Shown: in pieces, positions 9,127 to 18,163 of the stretch
Layout of the letters: the number at the start of each line of letters is the position of its first letter
How positions within the stretch are numbered: position 1 is the first letter of the stretch
Assembly: GCA_027624795.1 (NCBI GenBank)
Contig: JAQBTX010000001.1
Span: 27,170-91,169, forward strand
Direction of reading: 5' to 3'
DNA from: a bacterium
Lineage (GTDB): Bacteria; Patescibacteriota; Microgenomatia; UBA1406; GWC2-37-13
DNA length: 64,000 nt
Made by a program: the position numbers and the translations under genes
Notes under the pieces: model-generated
The model's input: only the letters and a program-made list of their open reading frames with translations
Told to the model about the DNA's origin: nothing
The model's database searches: none

Positions 9127-9669
9127 TTATGCTGTTTTTGCTTTCTTTCCGGGTTTCAACTTTATATGTTCACCTTCGTATCGTATACCTTTTCCTTTGT
9201 AGGGATCCGGTTTTCTGGATGATTTTATTTGATGTGCAATTTCACCAACAAATTGTTTATCTATGCCAGATACGACAATGATTGTATTTCCTTCCATTGA
9301 AAAAGTTATCTCTTCTACCGGAGCAATGACTACTGGGTGAGAATAGCCTAATTTAAGCACTAATCCCTGCCCTTGCATCTTACCATTAAATCCGGTTCCT
9401 ACAATCTCAAGTCTCTTTGACCAAACCGTTTCTACTCCGATAATTGCATTTTGAATAAGAGTACGATAGAGTCCATGAAACGATTTCTGCTTCTTAGAAT
9501 CATTTTTTCTGATTATTGTGAGTGTACCATCAACATATTCAGTCGTTAAAAAATGTGGCAAAACATATGACAATTCCCCTTTGGAACCTTTTATCGATAT
9601 AGACAAGCCATCGATTTGCACTGTTACAGCAGCGGGAACAATAATAGGGTTTTGGCCAATTTTAGACAT
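9127..9669 (-). CDS. rplF: 50S ribosomal protein L6 (uL6)
   Basis: MSKIGQNPIIVPAAVTV... to ...KPDPYKGKGIRYEGE. ATG 9669 was chosen because the track start at 9702 overlaps rpsH. Confidence 0.92.
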   Translation of the reverse strand: MSKIGQNPIIVPAAVTVQIDGLSISIKGSKGELSYVLPHFLTTEYVDGTLTIIRKNDSKKQKSFHGLYRTLIQNAIIGVETVWSKRLEIVGTGFNGKMQGQGLVLKLGYSHPVVIAPVEEITFSMEGNTIIVVSGIDKQFVGEIAHQIKSSRKPDPYKGKGIRYEGEHIKLKPGKKAKTA

Positions 9670-9670
9670 A

Positions 9671-10051
9671 TTACCAAATATAAAATAATAACTCACCACC
9701 AACTTGCTTCTTTTTAGCTTCAGGTCCTGTCAGAATTCCTTGAGAGGTAGACAAGAGTGAATACCCGAGTCCACCACGCACTGATTTTACCTCTTTATAT
9801 TGAGTATAAATTCTTCTTCCTGGCTTAGAATGTACTTTTACATCAGTAACTACTGGTTCTCCGTTTTCATATTTCAACACAATAGTAATATTCTTTCTTA
9901 ATTCTCCCGTCACCTCATAACTAAGGATGTATCCTAATTTTTGCAGCTTTGCCAACACCGATACACGAAATTTTGAATGCGGTGAAGATATCTGCTCTCT
10001 ACGAGCCATATATCCATTCTTTATGCGGATAATCAAATCAATAATTGCCAT
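9671..10051 (-). CDS. rpsH: 30S ribosomal protein S8 (uS8)
   Basis: IIDLIIRIKNGYMARRE...RPGRRIYTQ...GGLGYSLLSTSQGILT. Confidence 0.94.
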   Translation of the reverse strand: MAIIDLIIRIKNGYMARREQISSPHSKFRVSVLAKLQKLGYILSYEVTGELRKNITIVLKYENGEPVVTDVKVHSKPGRRIYTQYKEVKSVRGGLGYSLLSTSQGILTGPEAKKKQVGGELLFYIW

Positions 10052-10087
10052 AATCGTTGTATAAAATTTAGTTTTGAATAATTAATA

Positions 10088-10372
10088 TTATGTCTTTTCT
10101 GCGGTACGCTTGGTAACCTTACCATGACCTCGGAATGTTCGGGTTAGAGCAAATTCACCTAATCGATGCCCCACCATTGATTCTGATATAAATACTTCTA
10201 CATGTTTTCGACCGTTATGCACCGCAATCCTATGCCCGACAAAGTCAGGATGAATTTGAGATGCACGTGCCCATGTTTTTATCGGCATGCGATCTTTGTT
10301 ATCTTTTTGCTTCTGCACTTTAATGTGAAGCTTTTCATCTATATATGGTCCTTTTTTTGCTGATCGAGTCAT
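10088..10372 (-). CDS. rpsS: 30S ribosomal protein S19 (uS19), in a non-canonical position
   Basis: [15 protein letters not shown]...[52 protein letters not shown] aligns end to end with bacterial S19. Confidence 0.93.
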   Translation of the reverse strand: MTRSAKKGPYIDEKLHIKVQKQKDNKDRMPIKTWARASQIHPDFVGHRIAVHNGRKHVEVFISESMVGHRLGEFALTRTFRGHGKVTKRTAEKT

Positions 10373-10381
10373 AATATTGTG

Positions 10382-10567
10382 TTACCAGGTAATTTTTTTA
10401 ACTCCAGGGATCTGTCCTTTCAAGGCTCTTTCTCGGAAACAAAGTCTACAAAGGCCAAATCTCCGTATATATGCACGCGATCTTCCACAGAGTGGGCATC
10501 TATTTACATGTCGAACAGCAAATTTTTGCTTTTTATGAAACTTTACTATGTCAGATGTTTTTGCCAT
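10382..10567 (-). CDS. rpsN: 30S ribosomal protein S14, type Z (Zn-binding)
   Basis: 61 aa: [35 protein letters not shown]. Confidence 0.93.
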   Translation of the reverse strand: MAKTSDIVKFHKKQKFAVRHVNRCPLCGRSRAYIRRFGLCRLCFRERALKGQIPGVKKITW

Positions 10568-10581
10568 ATATCATTAATTTA

Positions 10582-11136
10582 TTAAATCTTTTGCTTATCA
10601 GATGCAAATGGTATACCGAGCATTGAAAACAATTCTCTTCCGTGTTCTTTATTTTTAGAGCTTGTTACGATGGTCACTTCGAGTCCACGAATTTTGTCAA
10701 TTTTATCATATTCTATCTCAGGAAATATGGTTTGTTCAGTAAATCCAATATTTAAATTCCCATGTTGATCGACTGATGAATCTTTTATACCTCGAAAATC
10801 TCTGAGCCGAGGCAACACAACACGGATTAATTTCTCAATAAAGTAATACATTTTTTTACCTCGTAACGTAACTTTTACTCCAATAGGTAATCCTTTTCGG
10901 ATTTTATATGCAGCTATAGACTTACGCGCTTTAGTAATGACGGGCTTTTGTCCGGCAATTTGTTCAAGTTGCTTTTGCGCATGTTCTATGGCTTTTTTAT
11001 TGGTTACTGCCTCTCCCAAACCAATATTAATGACCGCTTTTTCAATACGCGGAACTGAAAAGGCGTTTTTTATACCATACTTCTTTTGAAGTTTTGGTTT
11101 AATTTCTTCTATGTATGTTGTTTTAAATGATTTCAT
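10582..11136 (-). CDS. rplE: 50S ribosomal protein L5 (uL5)
   Basis: PRIEKAVINIGLGEA...GLPIGVKVTLRG...RDFRG. ATG 11136 was chosen because the track start at 11208 overlaps rplX. Confidence 0.92.
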   Translation of the reverse strand: MKSFKTTYIEEIKPKLQKKYGIKNAFSVPRIEKAVINIGLGEAVTNKKAIEHAQKQLEQIAGQKPVITKARKSIAAYKIRKGLPIGVKVTLRGKKMYYFIEKLIRVVLPRLRDFRGIKDSSVDQHGNLNIGFTEQTIFPEIEYDKIDKIRGLEVTIVTSSKNKEHGRELFSMLGIPFASDKQKI

Positions 11137-11149
11137 ATTCGTAATAACG

Positions 11150-11455
11150 TTATACGTTTTTTCCGCATTTCTTACATATGCGTTTTTTAGTTCCTTTAAT
11201 AATTTCATATCCTAACCGTGATGGCTTTTTGCACTTAGGGCATTCAAACATCACTTTTGAACTCTGTATCGGTCGTGCTACTTCTACAAATCCACCGTTT
11301 GGTGACTGTTCACTCTTCTTAACATGTCGCTTATACATGTTGATATTCTCTATAACAAGCTTCTGAGATTTCGGGTACACTCGATCTACTTTACCGGTCC
11401 GCTTTTTATCTTTACCTGTAATAACGATAATGGTGTCGCCTTTTTTAATTTTCAT
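11150..11455 (-). CDS. rplX: 50S ribosomal protein L24 (uL24) with a C-terminal CxxC...CxxC knuckle
   Basis: KOW motif MKIKKGDTIIVITGKDKKRTGKV. C-terminal CPKCKKPSRLGYEIIKGTKKRICKKCG. Confidence 0.92.
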   Translation of the reverse strand: MKIKKGDTIIVITGKDKKRTGKVDRVYPKSQKLVIENINMYKRHVKKSEQSPNGGFVEVARPIQSSKVMFECPKCKKPSRLGYEIIKGTKKRICKKCGKNV

Positions 11456-11457
11456 AG

Positions 11458-11832
11458 TTAATATAATTCTTCTGCTAAACTTGCTATCTTGTTGTATCCG
11501 TTATCTTTTATCTCTTTACCAACTGGTCCAAAAACTCGTGTTCCTTTGGGTTCTTTACTGTCAGGTCCTTCCAACACTACACATGCATTCTCATCAAATC
11601 GAATATAACTTCCATCGTCACGTCGACGTTCTTTTTTTGTTCGTACCAATACTGCGCGTACTATTTCGCCATTTGCTATTTGAGCGTATGGAGTGGCTTG
11701 TTTTACTACACCACTAAATATTTCACCCAAATACACTATTTTTCTATTTCCATTTTTCGGGATACCTATAACCATTATTTTCTTGGCTCCTGAATTGTCG
11801 GCTGCGTTAACGATTGATCTATTTTGTAACAT
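11458..11832 (-). CDS. rplN: 50S ribosomal protein L14 (uL14)
   Basis: MLQNRSIVNAADNSGAKKIMVIG...IRFDENACVVL...TRVFGPVGKE. Confidence 0.95.
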   Translation of the reverse strand: MLQNRSIVNAADNSGAKKIMVIGIPKNGNRKIVYLGEIFSGVVKQATPYAQIANGEIVRAVLVRTKKERRRDDGSYIRFDENACVVLEGPDSKEPKGTRVFGPVGKEIKDNGYNKIASLAEELY

Positions 11833-11835
11833 GGG

Positions 11836-12072
11836 TTATTTGGTAATTTTTTCAATAATTATAAATCGTTTGGTTTTAGACAACGGTCGTGTCTCTTGCA
11901 TTGCTACTTCATCTCCAACCGCAACTCCTTCAAGTTCATTATGTGCATTAAATCGTTTACTTCTTTTGATAACTTTTTGATACAGTTTATGACGAAACTT
12001 GCGCTCAACTTCCACTACTACCGTTTTCATCATACTTGTTGATACAACTACGCCTTGAAATGTCTTTTTCAT
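11836..12072 (-). CDS. rpsQ: 30S ribosomal protein S17 (uS17)
   Basis: FQGVVVSTSMMKTVVVEVERKFRHKLYQKVIKRSKRFNAHN. Confidence 0.93.
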   Translation of the reverse strand: MKKTFQGVVVSTSMMKTVVVEVERKFRHKLYQKVIKRSKRFNAHNELEGVAVGDEVAMQETRPLSKTKRFIIIEKITK

Positions 12073-12073
12073 A

Positions 12074-12280
12074 TTATTTGTTAATTCCTAACTTTTTTTG
12101 CTGCATAACGGTGAGCAACATGGCAACGGTTCTTTTTTTCTTTGCTATTGCATTACTATCTTTGTGAGGCTTTATTCCCTTCTCTAATGACAACTTCGCA
12201 ATTTCTTGCTTTAAAACGTCCAGATCTTTTTGTAATTCTCCTACTTCTTTATTGGTGTATTCTGAAATTATATTTTTCAT
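12074..12280 (-). CDS. rpmC: 50S ribosomal protein L29 (uL29)
   Basis: 68-aa helical protein in the canonical L16-L29-S17 slot. Confidence 0.85.
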   Translation of the reverse strand: MKNIISEYTNKEVGELQKDLDVLKQEIAKLSLEKGIKPHKDSNAIAKKKRTVAMLLTVMQQKKLGINK

Positions 12281-12281
12281 A

Positions 12282-12689
12282 TTATCTTTTTTGAACCATC
12301 TTTGCCTGTATGGACAACTTGGCCATTACATTTTTAAAAACTTTTTTTGATTCTCCATAATCCAAACCATCGAGTTCAAAAAGCACTCTTCCAGGTGCTA
12401 CCGATGCTACAAAATAAGCCACATCTCCCTTTCCGGCTCCCATGGTTACTTCTGGTGGTTTCTTTGTGTATGGCCGATCAGGAAAAATACGGATCCAAAA
12501 TTTTCCTTCTTTTTTAGTTGCACGAGCAAGCACTACTCTACATGCTTCGATTTGTCGGTCTTTCACCCATCCGGAATCAAGCGACTTAATACCAAAAGTT
12601 CCAAAATTTAGAGTATTCCCCTTGGTGGCAATCTTTTTCCAGATTCCTCTAAATTGTTTTCTAAATTTTTGTTTTTTTGGTGCTAACAC
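12282..12689 (-). CDS. rplP: 50S ribosomal protein L16 (uL16)
   Basis: MLAPKKQKFRKQFRG...QIEACRVVLAR...KFWIRIFPDRPYTKKP.EVTMGAGKG. Confidence 0.95.
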   Translation of the reverse strand: MLAPKKQKFRKQFRGIWKKIATKGNTLNFGTFGIKSLDSGWVKDRQIEACRVVLARATKKEGKFWIRIFPDRPYTKKPPEVTMGAGKGDVAYFVASVAPGRVLFELDGLDYGESKKVFKNVMAKLSIQAKMVQKR

Positions 12690-12706
12690 AATATTGATTC
12701 AATTTA

Positions 12707-13366
12707 TTACTCTTCTTGATCACAGATCCAAACTTTTACTCCCACATACCCTGACTTGGTGAGAGCTGGGTAAATAGCAAATCCTACTCGTTCTCGTATA
12801 GTTGAGGTGGGAATACTGCCTTGAAAATACTTCTCTCTTCGAGAAATTTCTGCTCCATTTATTCTTCCGCTTAGCTGAATTTTTACTCCCTTTGCTCCTG
12901 ACTCCATAACTCGTGTCATGGTACTGTGCACAATCATACGATGGGGAAGACCGCGAATGATCTTTTCAGCGATGGTTTGTGCTACATAATAAGCATTCAC
13001 ATAAGGCTTAAGTACAGGTTCAATTTTAAGTTCTATACGTGACTGCTTCTGTGTTTCTTTTTCATCTTTGTTTACTTTTATAAATGACGTAATTATCTTT
13101 TTTACCTCTTCAAGTCCCTTACCGCCCCGTCCGATGATCATACCTGGCTTTACTGAAAATAATGTTACGGTCAGTTTTTTAATTGCTCGTTCAATAACCA
13201 CCTCGGTTATTCCTGAATAAGAGTACTTCTTCATAAGCGCTTCACGGATACGAGTATCTTCTATCAAAGCTTGTCTATAAGCTTTTTTGTCAGAGAAATA
13301 CCATCTGGATGACCAGTTATATACTTCTCCGAGACGTAATCCATGCGGATGAACTTTTTGACCCAT
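12707..13366 (-). CDS. rpsC: 30S ribosomal protein S3 (uS3)
   Basis: MGQKVHPHGLRLG...; KH domain GMIIGRGGKGLEEV; C-terminal GRINGAEISRRE. Confidence 0.95.
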   Translation of the reverse strand: MGQKVHPHGLRLGEVYNWSSRWYFSDKKAYRQALIEDTRIREALMKKYSYSGITEVVIERAIKKLTVTLFSVKPGMIIGRGGKGLEEVKKIITSFIKVNKDEKETQKQSRIELKIEPVLKPYVNAYYVAQTIAEKIIRGLPHRMIVHSTMTRVMESGAKGVKIQLSGRINGAEISRREKYFQGSIPTSTIRERVGFAIYPALTKSGYVGVKVWICDQEE

Positions 13367-13369
13367 AGG

Positions 13370-13849
13370 TTATACTAAACGTTTGGTAACTTTTTTAACT
13401 TCTTTCTTTTTAGGTTCTGCTTTTTTTGGCGCTTCAATTAATTTCTTAGGAGACACTGACTTCTTATCACCCTTTTTCTGCAATGTTTCGGAATTTTGAA
13501 CTTTGGATTTTATACTTTGATCTTCTATCAAGATAATCTTAATGTGAGAAGATCTTTTTGCAAAAGGTCTTGCCATTCCGCGTGATCCTGCACGATATCG
13601 CTTTAACTTTCTTCCTTCTTCTACCGTTAAAAGTTTAAATTTTAGCACATCTGGACTCACTTTTAAAGTGCTTGTCGCATTGGCAATGGCCGAATGAATA
13701 GATGCATAAAATAATTCGGCTGACTTCATGGTCATATAGTTCAAATAATCCAACGACTCTTGTGGCTTCATACGAACAATATTATCGCGAATCATACGCA
13801 ATTTCTTGGGTGTCATCTTCACGTTTTTTAAATATGTTAGTGATTCCAT
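13370..13849 (-). CDS. rplV: 50S ribosomal protein L22 (uL22) with Lys-rich C-terminal extension
   Basis: KNVKMTPKKLRMIRDNIVRMKPQESLDYL...GRKLKRYRAGSRGMARPFAKRSSHIKIIL. Confidence 0.92.
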   Translation of the reverse strand: MESLTYLKNVKMTPKKLRMIRDNIVRMKPQESLDYLNYMTMKSAELFYASIHSAIANATSTLKVSPDVLKFKLLTVEEGRKLKRYRAGSRGMARPFAKRSSHIKIILIEDQSIKSKVQNSETLQKKGDKKSVSPKKLIEAPKKAEPKKKEVKKVTKRLV

Positions 13850-13850
13850 G

Positions 13851-14624
13851 TTATTTTCTTCTCTTTATAATTAATGATTTACTCCACTTTTTCTTTGATC
13901 GAGTTCGCGTTCCACGAGCTGATTTACCCCATGGTGTTTTTGGATGCATTCCTTCTCCAGATCGTCCCTCTCCTCCTCCATGTGGATGAGAGTTTGGATG
14001 CTGTGCAGTACCACGAACCGTTGGGCGTATACCCATATGTCGTTTGCGACCAGCACTACCAATTATTTTGTCTTTAAATTCAATATTTCCTATGCGACCT
14101 ATCGTGGCCCAACATTCGTTATGAAATTTTCGTATCTCACCAGAAGCCAATTTAAGGTGAACATAGAGCCCATCTTTTGCTACTACTGATGCAAAAGAAC
14201 CAGCACTTCGAACCAAGATGCCGCCTTGCCCTGCATACAATTCAATATTATGAACTTCAATGCCTACGGGAATTGCTTCAAGAGGCACCGCATTACCTGT
14301 GGTAATCTCTGCTTTTTCTGATGCAATAATAGTATCTCCTGCCTTTAAATTTACTGGTTGTATGATATAGCGCCTTTCTCCATCTTGGTATTGTACAAGT
14401 GCAATATGTGCATTTCTGTTTGGATCATATTCAATACCCAACACGGTTGCACTCATATCTCGTTTATCTCGCTTAAAATCAATTATTCGATAAAATCGCT
14501 TATGTCGGCCTCCCTGATGTCGTACTGAAACATGGCCAGTAGAATCCCGACCTGAATGTTTTTTCAAAATCTTAGTGAGACTTTTTTGAGGTCGCTTCGA
14601 TGTTGGTACGATTGATTTTGCCAT
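13851..14624 (-). CDS. rplB: 50S ribosomal protein L2 (uL2)
   Basis: GRDSTGHVSVRHQGGRHKRFYRIIDF...HPHGGGEGRS. Confidence 0.96.
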   Translation of the reverse strand: MAKSIVPTSKRPQKSLTKILKKHSGRDSTGHVSVRHQGGRHKRFYRIIDFKRDKRDMSATVLGIEYDPNRNAHIALVQYQDGERRYIIQPVNLKAGDTIIASEKAEITTGNAVPLEAIPVGIEVHNIELYAGQGGILVRSAGSFASVVAKDGLYVHLKLASGEIRKFHNECWATIGRIGNIEFKDKIIGSAGRKRHMGIRPTVRGTAQHPNSHPHGGGEGRSGEGMHPKTPWGKSARGTRTRSKKKWSKSLIIKRRK

Positions 14625-14636
14625 AAAGATTAATAA

Positions 14637-14924
14637 TTACGATTGGGGAAATAAATCAATAGTTCCCTCTAATACACTTATATATGCAATTTTTATATCT
14701 GGTCGTTGTTTTGGTATTAACTTTCTCCCTACTTTTTTTGTTTTTCCTTTTCGAATAATGGTTTTAACAGAACCAATTTTTACTTTATATAATGTTTCGA
14801 GTGCCTGTGCTATCTTATCTTTATCTGATTGTGTATTCACTTCAAATGCATATACCTTCTTTTGAGAAAGCTGTGAGCTTTTTTCTGTTATGACTGGTTT
14901 GTATATGACTTCTGAAATGTTCAT
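14637..14924 (-). CDS. rplW: 50S ribosomal protein L23 (uL23)
   Basis: IYKPVITEKSSQL...KVYAFEV...KTKKVGRK. Canonical L4-L23-L2 slot. Confidence 0.9.
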   Translation of the reverse strand: MNISEVIYKPVITEKSSQLSQKKVYAFEVNTQSDKDKIAQALETLYKVKIGSVKTIIRKGKTKKVGRKLIPKQRPDIKIAYISVLEGTIDLFPQS

Positions 14925-15637
14925 TTCTTTTGCACAAAATGAGTAATAGCGCTTTCGAGTGCAGAATCTACAAATACAACTACATCGTGATTTAATACCG
15001 AATATGCATTTAAGGTTTTTGATTGAATTACATCTACTCGTGGTATATTTCGGGATGACAGGGCAAATACATTACCCCTTATCTCATCTGAAACAAAGAG
15101 TACTTTCTTATGATGCATATCCATGGCACTAAGAGCGCTTACAATAGCCTTTGTTTGTGGTTTAGTATTTATACCTTTCGATGAAATAACAGAAACGTTA
15201 CTCTTTGTGGCACTTTGACTTAATGAAATACCCAATGCGAGTGATTTTTGTTTTTTGTTAAGACTTAAGCTAAAATCTCGTTTTGCAGGTCCAAAGGTAA
15301 CCCCTCCACCACGCCAAATATTTGATTTACCTGATCCGTGTCGAGCACGACCAGTACCTTTTTGCTTCCATACCTTTTTAGTACTTCCGGCTACTTCTGA
15401 TCGTCCTTTAACTTGTGCGTTTCCTTGACGTTGATTGGCGTTATACACACGAACATACTGTGCAATCAGTAAATCGTTAGGAGCCACTCCAAATAATTCT
15501 TGAGGTAATGGTACAGAGCCGGTAACCTTTCCGGTAATATCATATACCTGAGCTTCGAGTTTTATTACTTTTTTTGGGGTCGTTACTGCTTGCACCTTTA
15601 TAGTGGGGGTTTTTTTAATAGGTGTTTCTTTTTCCAT
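14921..15637 (-). CDS. rplD: 50S ribosomal protein L4 (uL4) with N-terminal extension
   Basis: NQRQGNAQVKGRSEVAGSTKKVWKQKGTGRARHGS...WRGGGVTFGP. Confidence 0.94.
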   Translation of the reverse strand: MEKETPIKKTPTIKVQAVTTPKKVIKLEAQVYDITGKVTGSVPLPQELFGVAPNDLLIAQYVRVYNANQRQGNAQVKGRSEVAGSTKKVWKQKGTGRARHGSGKSNIWRGGGVTFGPAKRDFSLSLNKKQKSLALGISLSQSATKSNVSVISSKGINTKPQTKAIVSALSAMDMHHKKVLFVSDEIRGNVFALSSRNIPRVDVIQSKTLNAYSVLNHDVVVFVDSALESAITHFVQKK

Positions 15638-15639
15638 GA

Positions 15640-16308
15640 TTATGCTTTAACTTCTACGAGCCCTCCGATGTGTCCGGGAATAAGTCCCGTAACTTTGATG
15701 GATGTCTCATCTGCAGCAAATACTTTCAGATTTTGTACGGTTACACGATCTGATCCCATTCGGCCTGCCATGCGTTTACCCTTAAATACTCTTCCTGGAG
15801 TGGTGGTTGCACCAATAGATCCAGCAGTGCGTTGTGCGGGATGACCATGACTTGATGGACTCCCACCAAATCCATGTCGCTTGACAACTCCAGCAAATCC
15901 TTTACCTTTTGAGATGCCCGTTACTTGAATAGTGGTGCCGATTCCAAATACTTCTGATGGTTTAATTTCGTCACCGACGAATAATTTTTTTTCCGAAAAT
16001 TGAAATCCACGTTTTCCTTCTTCTTCAATTAAAGTAGATTCAACATCTTTTTGTTCTATGCGAAGTTCCCGTAAAAAACGAAGCGGGGTTTTTATACCCG
16101 CTTTATCCAGAAGTCCTTTTGTTGGTTTTGGCATATGTTTTGTAGTGCCATAACCAATAATAATTGCTGTGTACCCGTCAGTCTCTTTTTGTTTAATCCC
16201 AACTACATAGCAAGGAGTAGTTTTGATCATGGTAACCGGTACCCTCTTGCCATCTGGGGTGAATTCTTGTGTTGCTTGTGTCTTGGTACCAAGTATAAAA
16301 CCGTTCAT
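15640..16308 (-). CDS. rplC: 50S ribosomal protein L3 (uL3)
   Basis: ISKGKGFAGVVKRHGFGGSPSSHGH...RTAGSIGATTTPGRVFKGKRMAGRMG. Confidence 0.95.
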   Translation of the reverse strand: MNGFILGTKTQATQEFTPDGKRVPVTMIKTTPCYVVGIKQKETDGYTAIIIGYGTTKHMPKPTKGLLDKAGIKTPLRFLRELRIEQKDVESTLIEEEGKRGFQFSEKKLFVGDEIKPSEVFGIGTTIQVTGISKGKGFAGVVKRHGFGGSPSSHGHPAQRTAGSIGATTTPGRVFKGKRMAGRMGSDRVTVQNLKVFAADETSIKVTGLIPGHIGGLVEVKA

Positions 16309-16336
16309 ATTGTTTATTAAAAAATAAGATTGCTAT

Positions 16337-16471
16337 AAAAAAAAAGAGCCCCAGATTGGGCCCACTATAACAGAGGTTCAATCTGGTTAAATTAGAAACA
16401 GTTTCCTGTTCTTACTAACCATTCATTAATTTACGAAGCTCAATTATATACCATTGTGCCTCAGAGTTCAA
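16337..16471 (-). promoter_or_regulatory. Promoter, roughly 100-nt structured leader and U9 terminator-like element between rpsJ and rplC
   Basis: On the minus strand: TTGAAC (16471-16466), N17, TATAAT (16448-16443). Hairpin with a GAAA loop at 16394-16412. 8-bp stem CCAGATTG/CAATCTGG (16351-58 / 16379-86). Then GGCUC and U9 (16345-16337), 28 nt before the rplC ATG. Confidence 0.55.
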
Positions 16472-16473
16472 CT

Positions 16474-16782
16474 TTACATTTTTACCTCAACCTCTACGCC
16501 AGCTGCAAGTTCCAAATGCATCAAAGAATCAATAGTCTGATTTGTTGGGTTTATTATATCCAAGAGTCTCTTGTGAATAATAAGTCCAAAATGTTCTCGT
16601 GCATCTTTATCGGTAAACGGTGATTTGTTTACTACATATACTTCTTTTCTGGTAGGGAGCGGTATGGGGCCTATTATAGAGGCTCCTGTTTTTATTGCTG
16701 CGTCTACCAGCTTCTGACATGTCTCATCAATAAGACGATGATCATAAGCTTTCATCCGTATTCGTATTCTTCCTTTTGGCAT
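16474..16782 (-). CDS. rpsJ: 30S ribosomal protein S10 (uS10)
   Basis: RIRIRMKAYDHRLIDETCQKLVDAA...GPIPLPTRKEVYVVNKSPFTDKDAREHF. Confidence 0.95.
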   Translation of the reverse strand: MPKGRIRIRMKAYDHRLIDETCQKLVDAAIKTGASIIGPIPLPTRKEVYVVNKSPFTDKDAREHFGLIIHKRLLDIINPTNQTIDSLMHLELAAGVEVEVKM

Positions 16783-16800
16783 AGATGTTAATGTGCAGTA

Positions 16801-16822
16801 AAGGCGGGTTTCCCCGCCCTTA
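16801..16822 (-). terminator. GC hairpin (GGCGGG-GAAA-CCCGCC) between tuf and rpsJ; weak terminator or RNA stabiliser
   Basis: The minus-strand RNA reads AAGGGCGGGGAAACCCGCCUUUAC. The stem is perfect at 6 bp and only three U follow. No room for a new promoter before rpsJ. Confidence 0.45.
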
Positions 16823-16833
16823 CCAAATGATTG

Positions 16834-18018
16834 TTATTTAATAACTTTAGTTACTACTCCTGCTCCTACCGTGTGTCCGCCTTCGCGAATAGCAAATTTT
16901 AGACCTTCTTCAATAGCAATAGGAGATATAAGCTTAGCTTCAATCTTTACGTTGTCGCCAGGCATGACCATTTCTACTCCCTCAGGAAGCTTAACCTCAC
17001 CAGTTACATCGGTTGTACGAATGTAAAACTGTGGGCGATATCCTTTAAGGAATGGTGTGTGTCGTCCGCCTTCTTCTTTCTTCAAAACGTAAATTTCTGC
17101 TTCAAATTCAGTGTGAGGAGTGACTGATCCTGGTTTTACTATGACCTGTCCTCGCTCTACATCTTCTTTTTCTACTCCGCGAAGAAGCAATCCAGTGTTG
17201 TCTCCTGCTCGTGCTTCATCGAGAGTTTTGCGGAACATTTCGATTCCAGTAACAATGGTCTTTTTGGTATCTTTAAGTCCGACAATTTCAATTTCGTCGT
17301 TTACTTTCAATATACCTCGCTCTACACGACCAGTTACCACAGTTCCACGACCTTGAATGGTAAATACGTCTTCAACAGGCATAAGGAACGGTTTTTCAAT
17401 TTCACGAACTGGTTCTGGCATGTATTCGTCTACTTTATTCATAAGCTCTTCAATAGCTTTCATGGCATCAGGATCATCCTGAGTAGCTTTAAGTGAAGAT
17501 CCACGAACGACTGGTACATCATCACCTGGGTAATCATATTTCTTAAGAAGATCACGTACTTCCATTTCTACCAAGTCAATAATCTCTGGATCATCAACCA
17601 TGTCGATCTTATTGAGGTAGACAACAATTGCAGGTACGTTGACCTGTTTTGCCAAAAGAATATGTTCTCGAGTTTGTGGCATAGGACCATCTGGAGCAGA
17701 TACAACAAGTATTGCGCCGTCCATCTGGGCTGCACCAGTGATCATATTTTTGATATAGTCAGCGTGACCTGGAGCATCAATGTGTGCATAGTGACGCTTC
17801 ACGGTCTCATATTCAGTGTGAGATAAGTTAATAGTAACTCCACGAGCTTTTTCTTCGGGAGCCTTATCGATATCTTCATATTTCATGTCTTTAGCAAGCC
17901 CTTTTTTAGAAAGCACATGATGAATTGCTGATGTTGTGGTAGTTTTTCCATGATCAACGTGACCAATGGTACCGATGTTCAAATGGGGTTTGTTCCGTAC
18001 AAATTTGTCCTGGGCCAT
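16834..18018 (-). CDS. tuf: Elongation factor Tu
   Basis: [27 protein letters not shown]...DAPGHADY...NKIDMV. ATG 18018 is the canonical start; the in-frame 19-codon upstream extension in the track is unlikely. Confidence 0.96.
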   Translation of the reverse strand: MAQDKFVRNKPHLNIGTIGHVDHGKTTTTSAIHHVLSKKGLAKDMKYEDIDKAPEEKARGVTINLSHTEYETVKRHYAHIDAPGHADYIKNMITGAAQMDGAILVVSAPDGPMPQTREHILLAKQVNVPAIVVYLNKIDMVDDPEIIDLVEMEVRDLLKKYDYPGDDVPVVRGSSLKATQDDPDAMKAIEELMNKVDEYMPEPVREIEKPFLMPVEDVFTIQGRGTVVTGRVERGILKVNDEIEIVGLKDTKKTIVTGIEMFRKTLDEARAGDNTGLLLRGVEKEDVERGQVIVKPGSVTPHTEFEAEIYVLKKEEGGRHTPFLKGYRPQFYIRTTDVTGEVKLPEGVEMVMPGDNVKIEAKLISPIAIEEGLKFAIREGGHTVGAGVVTKVIK

Positions 18019-18163
18019 AGTAATAAAAGTAAATAATAATGATGGTTTCGCGACTCCTACTTTCTGGTCAACCATCAGTCGAAGAATGCTGCTGATATCG
18101 AATGAGCAAAATCCTTCTTCTGAATGACCGTCACATTTAAGTCACTACACCTAGCAAAAAGCT

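Noticed and set aside
1013-17356. Many 60-135-aa ORFs antisense to or overlapping the ribosomal protein genes (for example 1013-1237, 1422-1829, 5818-6216, 13702-13989, 15590-15844, 17120-17356).
   Set aside because: They lie entirely within strongly conserved genes on the other strand or frame. They have odd Cys/Phe/Leu-rich composition and no start signals. These are typical shadow ORFs of AT-rich DNA.
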